Shown: one piece after another, positions 10,160 through 20,994 of the stretch
Position numbering within the stretch: the first letter of the stretch is position 1
Layout: the number at the start of each line of letters is the position of its first letter
Assembly: GCA_963709405.1 (NCBI GenBank)
Contig: CAVPXM010000040.1
Span: 1 to 43,004 of the forward strand
Direction: 5' to 3'
Length of the DNA: 43,004 nt
Origin: an uncultured Nitrososphaerales archaeon
Lineage (GTDB): Archaea > Thermoproteota > Nitrososphaeria > Nitrososphaerales > Nitrososphaeraceae
Notes under the pieces: model-generated
The model's database searches: none
What the model saw: only the letters and a program-made list of their open reading frames with translations
What the model was told of the DNA's origin: nothing
Program-made: the position numbers and the translations under genes

Positions 10160-10915
10160 CTGGTAAAGTTGACCCACTATTGCTTATTAGCGGTAGTGGA
10201 CTTGTCATGGATGCATGGGAGCCTTCTATTTTAAAAGATCTATCCACAACACACAGTAATTGTATTTGATAACCGCGGAGTCGGAAATACGACATCTGGA
10301 ATCAAACCATTTTCAATTCAGCAATTTGCAGATGATACAGCAGCTTTGCTAGATGCTTTAAAAGTACAAAAAGCAGATGTTCTTGGATTTTCTATGGGTT
10401 CGTTTATAGCTCAAGAGCTTGCGCTCTCAAATCCTGAAAAAGTTAACAAGCTTATACTTTATGGGGCAACATGTGGTGGTAAGGACGGTATACCGCAGAA
10501 CCCAGAAGTTGTAAGAATTTTATCTGATTTTGTAAACAACCAAGTGCAAAATATAGATAAAATCCTGTCCGTCACGTTTCCGCCTGAATGGCTTAAATCT
10601 CATCCAAATGTAAGCCTTCCTCAATCTAAAGAAATTATTAGCACTGATACCTTAAAGCAACAGTTCCATGTTGTAGAAGATTGGTTTGCGGCCAATTGGA
10701 GTGGTATATGTTTTCAATTGTCAAAAATATCTGTACCCACATTAGTCATAACTGGAACTGAAGACGTTTCTGTACCCGCGGCTAATTCATTAATTATAAC
10801 GCAAAAAATACCAGGAGCGTGGCTTGTGCAGATAAATGGAGCTGGACATGGACTAATGTATCAGTATCCAAAACAATTCACCGAAATTGTAAAGACCTTT
10901 TTGGAAAATAGTTGA
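10160..10915 (+). pseudogene. Alpha/beta hydrolase, 5'-truncated and frameshifted
   Basis: PLLLISGSG..DAWEP, a frameshift near 10250, then VFDNRGVG, GFSMG nucleophile elbow, GTEDVSVP, GAGHG. Confidence 0.85.
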
Positions 10916-11030
10916 TCTGCCACGGAGTAGTATAGATCGGAGTATGGAATAGTTTAGAACGTTTGATCAAAAATTAGCTTCTGATCAGACAGCTCCCAGG
11001 TCATCTGCTTTTATCCGAACAGGCTATTCG

Positions 11031-11551
11031 CATAGGAAACGTAGCTGTCACTCCATATTTTTCTGGGGGGATCAGAGGAGATAGAAAATGCAGTAGGATC
11101 GTTAATCAACAAGGCCAAAAAAGCGAGAATCATGGCCATGCTGATCAGTTACTCCGGAATTCTCCAAGCTTTGAGCAAATTCAAACCGGAGAACAAAGAC
11201 ATCGAAGACGTACTCGATCCCCATGAGATGAAACAGGTAATGAATCCACCTCGAGGCAAGTCGAAAATCCCTGCTGCATTGTTCTGGTTTGCCAGAGAAG
11301 ATAAGCGATTCGTTGCAGCTCTCTCCCATGCATACAGCGAATATGACAACAATGATTTCATGCACAATAAAGTAATGATCATAGATGACAGGATCGTTAT
11401 TACTGGCAGCTATAACTTCTCGGGAAACGCTGAAAGCAATGATGAGAACATGTTGATTCTAGAATCGGGCGCGGTTGCTGCTTACACAGCATATTTTGAC
11501 GTCCTTTTTGAACAGTACCAAAAACATGATGCCCCGTTGCCTCCTAAGTAG
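11031..11551 (+). CDS. Phospholipase D / Nuc-like HKD-domain protein; 5' part frameshifted in a G-run
   Basis: MHNKVMIIDD..TGSYNFS..NDEN. The upstream VTPYFS(G)..EIENAVGSLINKAKK is joined through a G7 tract at about 11064-11070. Confidence 0.8.
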
Positions 11552-11722
11552 TGGCATGTAAATTGCTTTTAGACTTAATGGCTACCCTGTAATGCGTGAA
11601 ATAAATTAATTAAACTGGCCCAGACTCTGAAAAAAGGACATGTGGGTAGTTAATGTAACGAACGAACACCAGAAAATTTCAGAATCAATCTCTTTATAAA
11701 CTAATATAACGTAGGAAAGCTG

Positions 11723-12154
11723 ATGCTCGTTCAGGTTCAAGAACAGAAACAGAAAGTAAAACTTTCACAAATACTGAAAAATGCCACGGAAGAACAATGT
11801 TTTGGACACTTTATGAAAATTTCCGAAATTACGGACAGAGATGAAAATTATCAAACCACATCAGCAACAAAATCTATGGTCAAGGTATGTGTTAACGGCT
11901 TGTTAATGTCAAAGGCTGGAATTGGAGATGAATCATCAACGACCTTATCTGTATACGAGTACGTAGCTGATGATGAAGATATTTTGCAAGCATACAGAAC
12001 TTTAGGAATTGATCCATATTATAGAATTAAATGCAATAAATGCAATCTGCTTGGCGATGGATATCATCTTTCCCGTGTCCTTGAACATATGAATGACTAT
12101 CATCGGGCTTCATTTAAAGAAATAGGATCATACCTTGAAACATTAGGACTTTAA
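11723..12154 (+). CDS. Hypothetical protein with putative C2H2-like zinc site
   Basis: CNKC..HMNDYH; 143-aa ORF with an upstream TTTATAAA. Confidence 0.65.
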   Translation: MLVQVQEQKQKVKLSQILKNATEEQCFGHFMKISEITDRDENYQTTSATKSMVKVCVNGLLMSKAGIGDESSTTLSVYEYVADDEDILQAYRTLGIDPYYRIKCNKCNLLGDGYHLSRVLEHMNDYHRASFKEIGSYLETLGL

Positions 12155-12607
12155 ATAAGCAGTAGCAATCAGAGGATCTACCGCTAATAAAAAAATGAAA
12201 TCCCGAGCACCAAGTATTTTTGGACAGTTTTATTAACAAGAAAATTTTACCATGCTTTCAGGTATTATGGATACTTAATCGACATGTCATTAGTTAGAAG
12301 TAATGATTACGAGCAGAAGGCATATTAACTTTCATAGATAGGCCATTGCAACGATCGTGAGCAGCTTGCATCAATGGTGCAATTGAACGAATAATTGAGT
12401 GTGTTGTTAGAAGGTGAGCTCTAACCAACCTTGAGCGTCTTTCGATGGTAAGAAGATATTAGCTTCCTGAAAATTGTATGCAAGTCTTAGCTTCGTACGC
12501 AATCTAGTACTAAATAATGATCTATTATTAGTCATATTTACTATTCTTGTTTTTCATATTGTATTGATTTGTGCCGGAGATAGTTATCATTAAAAATTTG
12601 AATAGCA

Positions 12608-12811
12608 TTATTCGTTGCAGAATGGTTCGCTATCTCTTATTTGTCGAATTTCAGATATTACTTCATCTACATAGTTCTTGATATCAATCTCTGAGGAGGA
12701 AGACTCGATGCCTGTTTCTCCCCCTAAAACCTCTTCGTATTTTCTTAATATATCTTCAATCTCTTCAGGTAAATCATGATTAATCGGTATTGCCATTAGA
12801 CTACAATACAA
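12608..12811 (-). CDS. Small acidic hypothetical protein
   Basis: Protein-like helical composition; the start is probably MAIPIN. Confidence 0.5.
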   Translation of the reverse strand: MYCSLMAIPINHDLPEEIEDILRKYEEVLGGETGIESSSSEIDIKNYVDEVISEIRQIRDSEPFCNE

Positions 12812-12967
12812 TGCAATGCTATTTATGAATTTATAAGAACCTATATTAATTTATTATTATTGTCGCTTATTACGGTTTTGACATAAGATACCAATGCCAC
12901 ACACTCCTATACAAAACCCATAAATAATAACTGGGTTATACTTAATCTTAGACATATAGAGAATAAC

Positions 12968-13360
12968 ATGCCCGGCTCACCAATTTCTACAATTACTCGT
13001 CTGAATTCTACAGCAAAAGATCTATTCATATACCTTTATGATCTATCTCCCTTAGATGCGGATCTATTTTTCATATTAATGAAAAGTAAAAAGCCTGTGA
13101 TTTTAGAGGATCTCGCCAAGAAAATAAACAGAGATAAGAGTAATGTCTTTAGGTCTGTACAAAAATTAGTGAGTTCTGGGATTTGCATTAAGGAATCAAG
13201 AACTATAAAGGGTGGGGGATACTACCATGTGTATAGTGCTGTAGATACTAAAACATTCAAAATGGAAACTGAGAAAAGAGTGAAAGAACTCCAAGTAAGT
13301 TTTGACAGGATATTAAGGAAATTTGAAGAAGATATAGAAAATATGGTAAGCAGTTTTTAG
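12968..13360 (+). CDS. Archaeal winged-HTH transcriptional regulator (TrmB-like)
   Basis: LEDLAKKINRDKSNVFRSVQKLVSSG..GGYYHVYSA. Confidence 0.85.
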   Translation: MPGSPISTITRLNSTAKDLFIYLYDLSPLDADLFFILMKSKKPVILEDLAKKINRDKSNVFRSVQKLVSSGICIKESRTIKGGGYYHVYSAVDTKTFKMETEKRVKELQVSFDRILRKFEEDIENMVSSF

Positions 13361-13746
13361 GCACTTTTAACTCAAGAAATCACCTTTCTTTATTGTGATA
13401 ATCAATAACCAGCAAATAGGTTTCAAATGCTAGCAATGTATTTTAGTTTATATTTCCTTTCATTACAAGGAAAATAGTCGTCAAAATTCTATATTCTACC
13501 TCTTTAATGTATACTGCAGCTTGCTCAGTGTCTACAATTCCTACTCCTGAATTCCACTGGGACATGGTCCTGAGGGTAATGAGCATAAAGTTAGCTAGAA
13601 CCTTATATCGCAATAAATTATCAAATGCAAAATATTATGTTACTCTAATATCCAACCTCTTCTTTATTTGCGATAATGTTAAAAGCACAAAGGTCAATGG
13701 AAAGTCTTTTAATAACAACAATATTATAAATTCCAATATATTATAA

Positions 13747-14376
13747 ATGAAGATATTAATAGCCGAGGATGAGCCCGAAATTTGGAGGCCATACAAAGTT
13801 GCCTTAGAGGCAAGAGGCCACAAGGTTGTGATTTCTGAGGATGGCGAAGAGTGTCTGAGGAAGTATAATACTGAATTGTTAAAGCAAAAGAAAGTAAAAA
13901 CAAAATCGTCATCAACGGCAACAGCATCGTCATTAAAAAAAGAAACAGTCACATCATCATCAAATCAACAGAAGCAAGATAAAAAGGCTGGTAGCAAGCT
14001 CAATTCCTCACCATCGCTATTACCACCACCATTTGACGCTGTCATCTTAGACTATAGAATGCCTAGGAAGGACGGATTGGAAGTTGCAAAAGAGATATTA
14101 GAATTAAATCCTAGACAGAGAATTATTTTTGCTTCTGCATATGTTAAAGAAACTCTCGAAGACTCAGTAAAACAATTAAAACAAGTTGTAGAATTAATGC
14201 AAAAACCATTTGAAGCAGATACACTTGTTGATACGATCGAAGACAAAGTGGCCTATGAAGTATTAAAGACTTTAATTGTAAACATTAAAGAATTCGACCT
14301 TGAAAACCCTACAAAAGAACAGATAAGTAGTCTTTTTGAAGGTTTAAGAAAAATTCAGAAAGGTAGAACCTTTTAG
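13747..14376 (+). CDS. Response regulator (REC) with low-complexity insert and short C-terminal domain
   Basis: MKILIAEDE, VILDYRMPRKDG, IIFASAY, QKPF. Confidence 0.92.
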   Translation: MKILIAEDEPEIWRPYKVALEARGHKVVISEDGEECLRKYNTELLKQKKVKTKSSSTATASSLKKETVTSSSNQQKQDKKAGSKLNSSPSLLPPPFDAVILDYRMPRKDGLEVAKEILELNPRQRIIFASAYVKETLEDSVKQLKQVVELMQKPFEADTLVDTIEDKVAYEVLKTLIVNIKEFDLENPTKEQISSLFEGLRKIQKGRTF

Positions 14377-14409
14377 TTCAGATACAATAATTACTATTAT
14401 TATCATCAT

Positions 14410-16200
14410 TCACTTTTGCAAACTTTTGTTGTTACTATATATTGGTAGTACAATAATAAATGTAGCCCCACCTCTATCATTATTAAACGCTCTAATCTGC
14501 CCATTGTGTGCAGTTACAATCGCCTTGGTTATGAAAAGGCCTAGACCGGTACCATGTTGACTTGTTTTTCTACCAACACTTTTTGTTACAAATTTACCAA
14601 ATAACCTTGGAAGAATATCTTTTGGTATCCCACAACCAGTATCACTAACCCTGATTTCTATTTTGTTTTTATCTATATAAACATGATTTTCGACCTTTAT
14701 GATCCCTTTATCCGTAAACTTTATTGCGTTATCAATAATATTAGATAGCGCCTCAGTAATACGATCTTTGTCTGCATCAATTTCTAGATTATCATTCGCT
14801 CTATCTAACTCCGTTTTGATAGACGGCCCTAGTACTTTTTTGGCTAATTGATGATGTTTTCCTTTCGCAGTAGTAATAGCAATACTATTTATCACATCCA
14901 AAATTGTATCGTTAATTTTGATTTTTTGCATTTTATAGGTGAGGTTACCACTTTCAATTCTGCTCGCTTCCAAAAGATCAGTAGCTAATTTCTGAAGCCT
15001 ACGGGCTTGTCTATCTATGACCGTCATAGCTACGTCTTTATCTATCTTATTCTTTAAAGCGAGCGCATTATAACTTATTATAGGTTGTAACGGTGTTCTC
15101 AATTCATGCGCTGCTATATCAATAAACTCCTTTTCCATTCTCTCGTGTTCTTTTAATTGTTCATACAATTCAGTTTGAATCCAAAGAGCTTCAAATATTG
15201 AAACATAGGATAAGACTGTTGATTCGCTATTTGAATATGTTGCAAATCCCATTGCTTGATCAGAAGCCTTTTTTGTATCATCTTTTACTTCTACAGCTAG
15301 TGAGAATCTTTTGTCTACTAGTAAGATAGCGACTCTTGTTTGTAAACCTGGCTCAATAAAGCGAGTCTGAATCTTTGGACTAATGGATTTCTGTACAGCC
15401 TCTCTAATACTATCTTCCGCAGGTGTTAAGATTCTAATCTGTATACCGCTGATTCCTCTTCCTTTTTCTGCTAGTTTATTTAATAACCTTAATGTTCCTG
15501 CTCGCTCTTGACGACGGAATGCATTAGCTGTTGGAAATATTATCAATATTTCGCTCTTCGCAGATTCAAATAAACCAAGGCTACGTCTTTGTATCTTTTT
15601 AGGATCTCTGATTGCTTCAATTATGTCAGGCACTATCCCTTCTTCAATTTCTTTAATTTTCTCTATAGCAGGAATTGCTTTTTGCCATACCATATCGAAA
15701 AAATATTGCTGTTGTTCTACAACCTCTTTAGCGTTGCTATAGATAACTTGTGTCAATGGTTTTGCCTCTTGCAAAATTGTAGTTGCCATATATTCTTTTT
15801 CACTTACTGCTAGTCCGCCTTTAACTCCATCCAAGTGACGAAGCTCGTCAACTAATTTCATCAACTTTTTACAGTATTGAATATTGTCTTTTGTAATTTC
15901 AGTAAAGGCTCTTATTTTTCCTCCTCTCTTTCTTATGTCAAGATATCCGTTCCTGTATTCACCAACCTCAACTACTATAGAGGGAGCTCTGTGATCAAAA
16001 CAAATATCCATTCTTTTTTTTACATTAGCCATAAAGTATACTCCTCTTCCTACTGCATTTTCTATTCCATATAATATCTCAGATGTCTTTCCTGAGCTAG
16101 AGGGTGGAACAGACTGAATAGTAGTATTCAATAAACTGATTTTTAGTAGATAATATCTTGATAATAAAGTTTTTTTACAATCAAAACTGCATTGAACCAT
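14410..16200 (-). CDS. Cytoplasmic sensor histidine kinase
   Basis: AAHELRTPL (H-box), NIIDNAIKF, DTGCG, GTGLGL; no transmembrane segments. The true start is probably downstream of the ORF start. Confidence 0.95.
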   Translation of the reverse strand: MVQCSFDCKKTLLSRYYLLKISLLNTTIQSVPPSSSGKTSEILYGIENAVGRGVYFMANVKKRMDICFDHRAPSIVVEVGEYRNGYLDIRKRGGKIRAFTEITKDNIQYCKKLMKLVDELRHLDGVKGGLAVSEKEYMATTILQEAKPLTQVIYSNAKEVVEQQQYFFDMVWQKAIPAIEKIKEIEEGIVPDIIEAIRDPKKIQRRSLGLFESAKSEILIIFPTANAFRRQERAGTLRLLNKLAEKGRGISGIQIRILTPAEDSIREAVQKSISPKIQTRFIEPGLQTRVAILLVDKRFSLAVEVKDDTKKASDQAMGFATYSNSESTVLSYVSIFEALWIQTELYEQLKEHERMEKEFIDIAAHELRTPLQPIISYNALALKNKIDKDVAMTVIDRQARRLQKLATDLLEASRIESGNLTYKMQKIKINDTILDVINSIAITTAKGKHHQLAKKVLGPSIKTELDRANDNLEIDADKDRITEALSNIIDNAIKFTDKGIIKVENHVYIDKNKIEIRVSDTGCGIPKDILPRLFGKFVTKSVGRKTSQHGTGLGLFITKAIVTAHNGQIRAFNNDRGGATFIIVLPIYSNNKSLQK

Positions 16201-16366
16201 GAGAAATTAGCTACATAAGTGATTAGGAGTACAATTTTGATAAACTAAATATTTGACTATGGGATAGCTATGCCCAGTAGCCTTAGTCAATAATCAGCAG
16301 CAACATTCACAACTCGAAACAGCTTTTTACAAAGATTTATGTGGTATTGTATAGTATTGTATTCTA

Positions 16367-16552
16367 ATGGCAATACCAGAACCTGAGCATAAACAGTTTA
16401 CAACAGAGGAGTTGAATGTTATATACGATGCTTTGATTTTTACGCTGAATTGTTTAGACCGTGACAGAGAACAGGGTCAACTATATAGCAATATGGAATT
16501 CGTCTTGACAAAGGTAGCAAGTCTACTGAAGCAGGTTGAAACTACAATATAG
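16367..16552 (+). CDS. Small hypothetical protein
   Basis: 61-aa ATG ORF with helical composition. Confidence 0.45.
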   Translation: MAIPEPEHKQFTTEELNVIYDALIFTLNCLDRDREQGQLYSNMEFVLTKVASLLKQVETTI

Positions 16553-16756
16553 TAGAGTCATAAAGTAATATGCTAGTTTAGCACATGTACACAATGCATG
16601 ATACCGAGGTTTCGTGTGCGGTATTATGCGCTGCAGCAGGCGATATAGTTATAAAAAACATTATCAAAATAAATGATATTATATAACATTATCGATTGTT
16701 TGTGCATCACTGATGAATTATTTTTTTTAGGTATTCTGAAAATCATAACAATTCTT

Positions 16757-17752
16757 CTACAATGTTAAACCCTTACTATTCTGCCGACAAAGGGAATGAT
16801 GCCATAATGAGAGCAGCCAGTGGTTTATGTCGTTTGAGTTTGTAATACTTAAGATCGTATCAAGCAACTTTCTCAGCTCATTTGAACCGAATCCGATATT
16901 TGCCAGTTCGTTGTACAGAGACAGATTTTCTGAATGTAAATCGATTTCATGTCGCAAGAAAGAGTCATCCTGACCAAGTTTTGCAACTCTCTCTTGCATT
17001 TCTTCTGTTGCTATCTTTAGCGCTTGCCTTTTACGAGCTAGAAATTGAATATCATTAAATTCTGCAAGTACCTTCTTGGGATCGTATGCATATTCTGCTA
17101 TGCAATTAACAGTTTTAGCAAATTTGGGAAGATCTTCATTCATAGATATTTTATGTCTATCCAATACTTGCTTTGTATCAGAATATGACCTCATCTCCAA
17201 ATCCGCCATTCTTTTTTGCTGTAATGCCAAGTCACGCAGGTTTTCGATTTCTGACTTTTGCATTTTTAGAGTCGATATCTCATCCTTTAACTCTTCGAGT
17301 TCTTTCTGCAGTTCTTTCTTTTTGGCTATCTTTTCGTCTAGATATTCTTCAATTTTATGTAATGGAATGTGGTGATCATCTGAAACCTTGATAAGTTCTT
17401 CAATATAGGTGACTAATTTACTTGGTGTGACTCCAAAATTTGCATCTCTCGTATGTATCTCCGATAAAGTGTGCGGAGCTTCTGCGTCTATGCCCTGCTC
17501 ACTTAACAATTCCATAGTTCTAAAACCAATCCCACATTGAGCCGGAGTAAGACCAACAATTTTCAGTGATCTTGCCAACTCCCTGAGCGCATCCTCTTCA
17601 GGTTTTCCAAGTGCAATACTCCATTCGTTAGTTATGTTACTAATTGCTCCTGTGCTGATGTTATTGTCTTGTGCTATTATATCTCTGCTAAGGCCTTGAA
17701 GCCATTGGCTTATAACTCGCGATTTTATTATTTCAGGAATAGCGGCTGGCAT
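16757..17752 (-). CDS. N-terminal HTH plus long coiled-coil protein
   Basis: WLQGLSRDIIAQDNNISTGAISNI (HTH) and heptad-rich KKKELQKELEELKDEISTLK. The C-terminus looks truncated. Confidence 0.75.
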   Translation of the reverse strand: MPAAIPEIIKSRVISQWLQGLSRDIIAQDNNISTGAISNITNEWSIALGKPEEDALRELARSLKIVGLTPAQCGIGFRTMELLSEQGIDAEAPHTLSEIHTRDANFGVTPSKLVTYIEELIKVSDDHHIPLHKIEEYLDEKIAKKKELQKELEELKDEISTLKMQKSEIENLRDLALQQKRMADLEMRSYSDTKQVLDRHKISMNEDLPKFAKTVNCIAEYAYDPKKVLAEFNDIQFLARKRQALKIATEEMQERVAKLGQDDSFLRHEIDLHSENLSLYNELANIGFGSNELRKLLDTILSITNSNDINHWLLSLWHHSLCRQNSKGLTL

Positions 17753-17814
17753 ATTTTTTATTTACTACTTAAGAAAATGCGAATAACAATATATAGCTCA
17801 TTCATTTGATTCGG

Positions 17815-17865
17815 GTCAAATAGTCAGTCAAGTAGGTCAAATAGGCCGTCAAATAGGCCCGTCAG
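17815..17865 (+). repeat. Cluster of GTCAAATAG 9-mers
   Basis: Copies at 17815, 17827 (GTCAAGTAG), 17836 and 17848, plus a partial GTCAG at 17861. Confidence 0.8.
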
Positions 17866-18269
17866 CTTTATTAGTATCACTCATAGGCGCGCCTCAGATG
17901 CCACATTCTATAGAAAAGAATTATTTTATAGTATACAAATATGCGTCACAATAAGGTAGAAATAATGACATCACAATATTAACTAAATTTAATCTGCATT
18001 AAGCTGTAGATGCTATGTCTTCGTGTTTCTTATTGTTCAGTGCAAAGCATTGCAGAATTATTTATTGACCAAATTGCTCGTTGAAGTAGGAGTAACGTGA
18101 ATTTATCAGTTATAAAAATCATCATCTTATGACAGATATTAATTAAATTGATAATAATATGGATAGATTGAGTACACACCGTATAAGTCGCCAGACAGGT
18201 CTAAAAGGTCATGCAATGCAAGGTTGAGGTGCAACGGATTATTTCAACTGGATATGAAGGTGTAGATGG

Positions 18270-18380
18270 TGATGCCGCATTTTCTTTAGCAAAAGAGCGC
18301 TATTCAATCAACTAGGTTTGCTTACTAATGCTACTCTTGTAGATGATGCTATTAGGTTTGTATTAGAGAAATCCTGTAAT
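18270..18380 (+). pseudogene. Gene fragment, possibly the C-terminus of a small HTH protein family
   Basis: AFSLAKERYSI, a frameshift, then LGLLTNATLVDDAIRFV; family recalled from memory only. Confidence 0.4.
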
Positions 18381-18580
18381 TCAAAGCAAATATCTCGTCG
18401 TTCCCTTCAATGGTAAGAGGAAGTGATAATCTAATTCTTTTTATACTGTAAAACATAGATTGGATTAGGGGCCAGACCAGTTCAACTAATTCCGACAATA
18501 TCACTTATCTGAACATAAGACCAATATTAAAACACAGTCTACACTATATATATTAATAAAGACATATAGATACATTTAAG

Positions 18581-19534
18581 ATGAAATTCGGTTTACAGCA
18601 TCCTAATTTTAGTTTCGATTATAGAAACCAAGATACCTACCAGATAATAGATTCTCTAAAAACCCTCATCTCGAAAGCAGAGAATGCAGACTTTGACTCT
18701 TTTTGGGTAATGGATCATTTTCATCAGATAAGGTTTGTGGGAAATCCTGAAGAACCTATGCTCGAGAGTTGGACAACTATCTCTGCTCTTGCAGGCATGA
18801 CAACAAGAATAAAACTTGGAACTTTGGTATCGGGCATTGTATATAGACATCCTTCAATTTTAGCAAAGATAGGCGCTACCTTGGATGTCCTCAGCAAAGG
18901 CAGATTATTTATGGGAATAGGAGCAGCATGGAATCAGGAGGAATCTTTTGCATACGGTATCCCTTTTCCTTCAACAATGGAGAGATTATTAAGGCTAGAA
19001 GAAGTCATTCAAATTCTGCGTAAGATGTGGACTCAATCTACTACTACATTCAATGGTAGATATTACCAGATCAAAGATGCTTACTGTAATCCTCACCCAT
19101 TACAGAAACCTCACCCTCCTATAATGGTAGGTGGAGGTGGCGAACGTAACACATTAAAGATCGTAGCAAAGTATGCAGATGCGTGCAATCTGTTCGGATC
19201 TATTGAGACGATAAGAAGAAAATTGAACATATTAAATGAACACTGTAAAAGTGTTAGGAGGGACTACGATTCAATTTTGAAAACCAAATTGGGCATAGTA
19301 CTAATTGATAATGACCACGAGGCACTAACCAAAAAAGTAAATGAGATGTTTAGAGGAATGCCAAAAGAGCAGATTAGAGAATTCGTTATTTATGGTACTG
19401 AAGAAGATGTCCTTAGAGAAATAATATCACTTGAAGATGCCGGAATCCAGTATTTCATAGTCGATCTAGATCCATCCAGAGAACTTGAACAATTAGAACT
19501 ATTTGCAAATAAAATCATGAAGCATACCTCTTGA
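18581..19534 (+). CDS. LLM-class F420-dependent oxidoreductase
   Basis: FDSFWVMDHF, LATLDVLS-like GATLDVLSKGR, PPIMVGGGGE, AKYADACN. Confidence 0.93.
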   Translation: MKFGLQHPNFSFDYRNQDTYQIIDSLKTLISKAENADFDSFWVMDHFHQIRFVGNPEEPMLESWTTISALAGMTTRIKLGTLVSGIVYRHPSILAKIGATLDVLSKGRLFMGIGAAWNQEESFAYGIPFPSTMERLLRLEEVIQILRKMWTQSTTTFNGRYYQIKDAYCNPHPLQKPHPPIMVGGGGERNTLKIVAKYADACNLFGSIETIRRKLNILNEHCKSVRRDYDSILKTKLGIVLIDNDHEALTKKVNEMFRGMPKEQIREFVIYGTEEDVLREIISLEDAGIQYFIVDLDPSRELEQLELFANKIMKHTS

Positions 19535-20126
19535 TCTATAATTCAAACACGGCAAGAAGCTTTCCATATTATAGCATACTATACAAATTGTGGTATTTGT
19601 CACTTGATATTGACTAGATATGATGACTTTTCTCCATTGGTAGGATTATTTCAGATTAATATCTGACAATTAGATCCTCAATTGAATTGCAAATGTTGGT
19701 CAGGTTAGCTGGTCGAAAATGGCTATCAGATGTGCATAAGACAAATTCCCTAGATGACATCATAATTGAAAATGAGATATTCTACCTAATTTGTGAGCTT
19801 GCCAAATTACATAGTCTAATCAACGGATTGCAATATCTCACTACGGGCAGAACTCTGGCTTTCTGTACAGACAGGTATATTCAATACAATCATTTTTTAT
19901 ATAGTTCATATATCTCAACTAGAGATCATATCATGTTGTTAATTTATTTTGAATAGCCATATATTCCTATATTCCATAGGCAAATCTACTGCCGTTCCAC
20001 AGTGTGAGGTTGGCTGGAAACCCCGGTAGCACATTTGTCCAGTATTGATGACATGTGTTCATCCATGCAAATTGCTTTGGGGCCACACCATCAACCAACG
20101 TGTTATTTTTTTATTATGATATTGGC

Positions 20127-20203
20127 ATTTGATTTGATTTGATTTGATTTGATTTGATTTGATTTGATTTGATTTGATTTGATTTGATTTGATTTGATTT
20201 GAT
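20127..20203 (+). repeat. Pentanucleotide microsatellite (GATTT)14 with partial flanking units
   Basis: Perfect GATTT x14 at 20131-20200. Confidence 0.97.
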
Positions 20204-20279
20204 ATAGATTTCTCAATTTGAATGGGTGCATCTCACTCTTCTGCTTTTTTGATCTCATTATATGAGTTGTTAGTAGTTT

Positions 20280-20525
20280 TTAGAAAGTAAGTTTAGCAAT
20301 TAACTCTTTAATCATTTTCTCTTGCTCTAGTATTGGTACAATAAATAATGATTCTGTGGTAAACGGTTCACCTTTATCGGTTATTGCATTAGTATATTTA
20401 TTGCAATCTTCTAACATTTCCATAAACAATTCTCTATCTTCTGCACATAACGCAAAAGCAAAGCCATTTTTCCATGATTCTATTTCTTTTGTGAAACTAT
20501 TGTTCTCATCTGGAGTCACCTTCAT
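20280..20525 (-). CDS. Small helical protein resembling the PolB2-associated small protein family
   Basis: ESWKNGFAFAL..EDRELFMEML..PFTTESLFIVPILEQEKMI pattern, similar to the ORF at 27665. Confidence 0.55.
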   Translation of the reverse strand: MKVTPDENNSFTKEIESWKNGFAFALCAEDRELFMEMLEDCNKYTNAITDKGEPFTTESLFIVPILEQEKMIKELIAKLTF

Positions 20526-20994
20526 AATTGGTATTTTTTATCGTTATTATTATAGACTAGAATACTTTACCGGGAGGGAACTGTTTGCTTGTTAGCTTGT
20601 TAGCTTGCTAGTTCTTACCCTTTGACATAATCTTCACATTTCCCAGACACACTTACAAGTCCAAATGCAGCTGTTGTTTGATCACTTGTCAACCCTTTAC
20701 CACCTTTTATGACAATAGGGACCGGATAGTCACTAGACTCTAATTTCTGAAATGAATATGAGCACACGCCATTATTCTCCTTATGGTTACAAACAAATTG
20801 CAATTTCAAATTCCCTTGCCATCTTATGTTGCAGAGTGTGATCTCTTGTCCAAAGTGCTCGCATTTTATAAATAGATGGTTGCATTCATGGTAGTGACAT
20901 GATTACATCGAAATAGAATCTATTCTATAAGCAATTGGTCGCAGTATTTTGAAACTTATATAAACGGAGATACTTCAACAATATTACGGCTACA

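Noticed and set aside
20587-20611. (GCTTGTTA)x3 and the short (TAAC)n near 28695
   Set aside because: Short intergenic slippage repeats with no functional cue.
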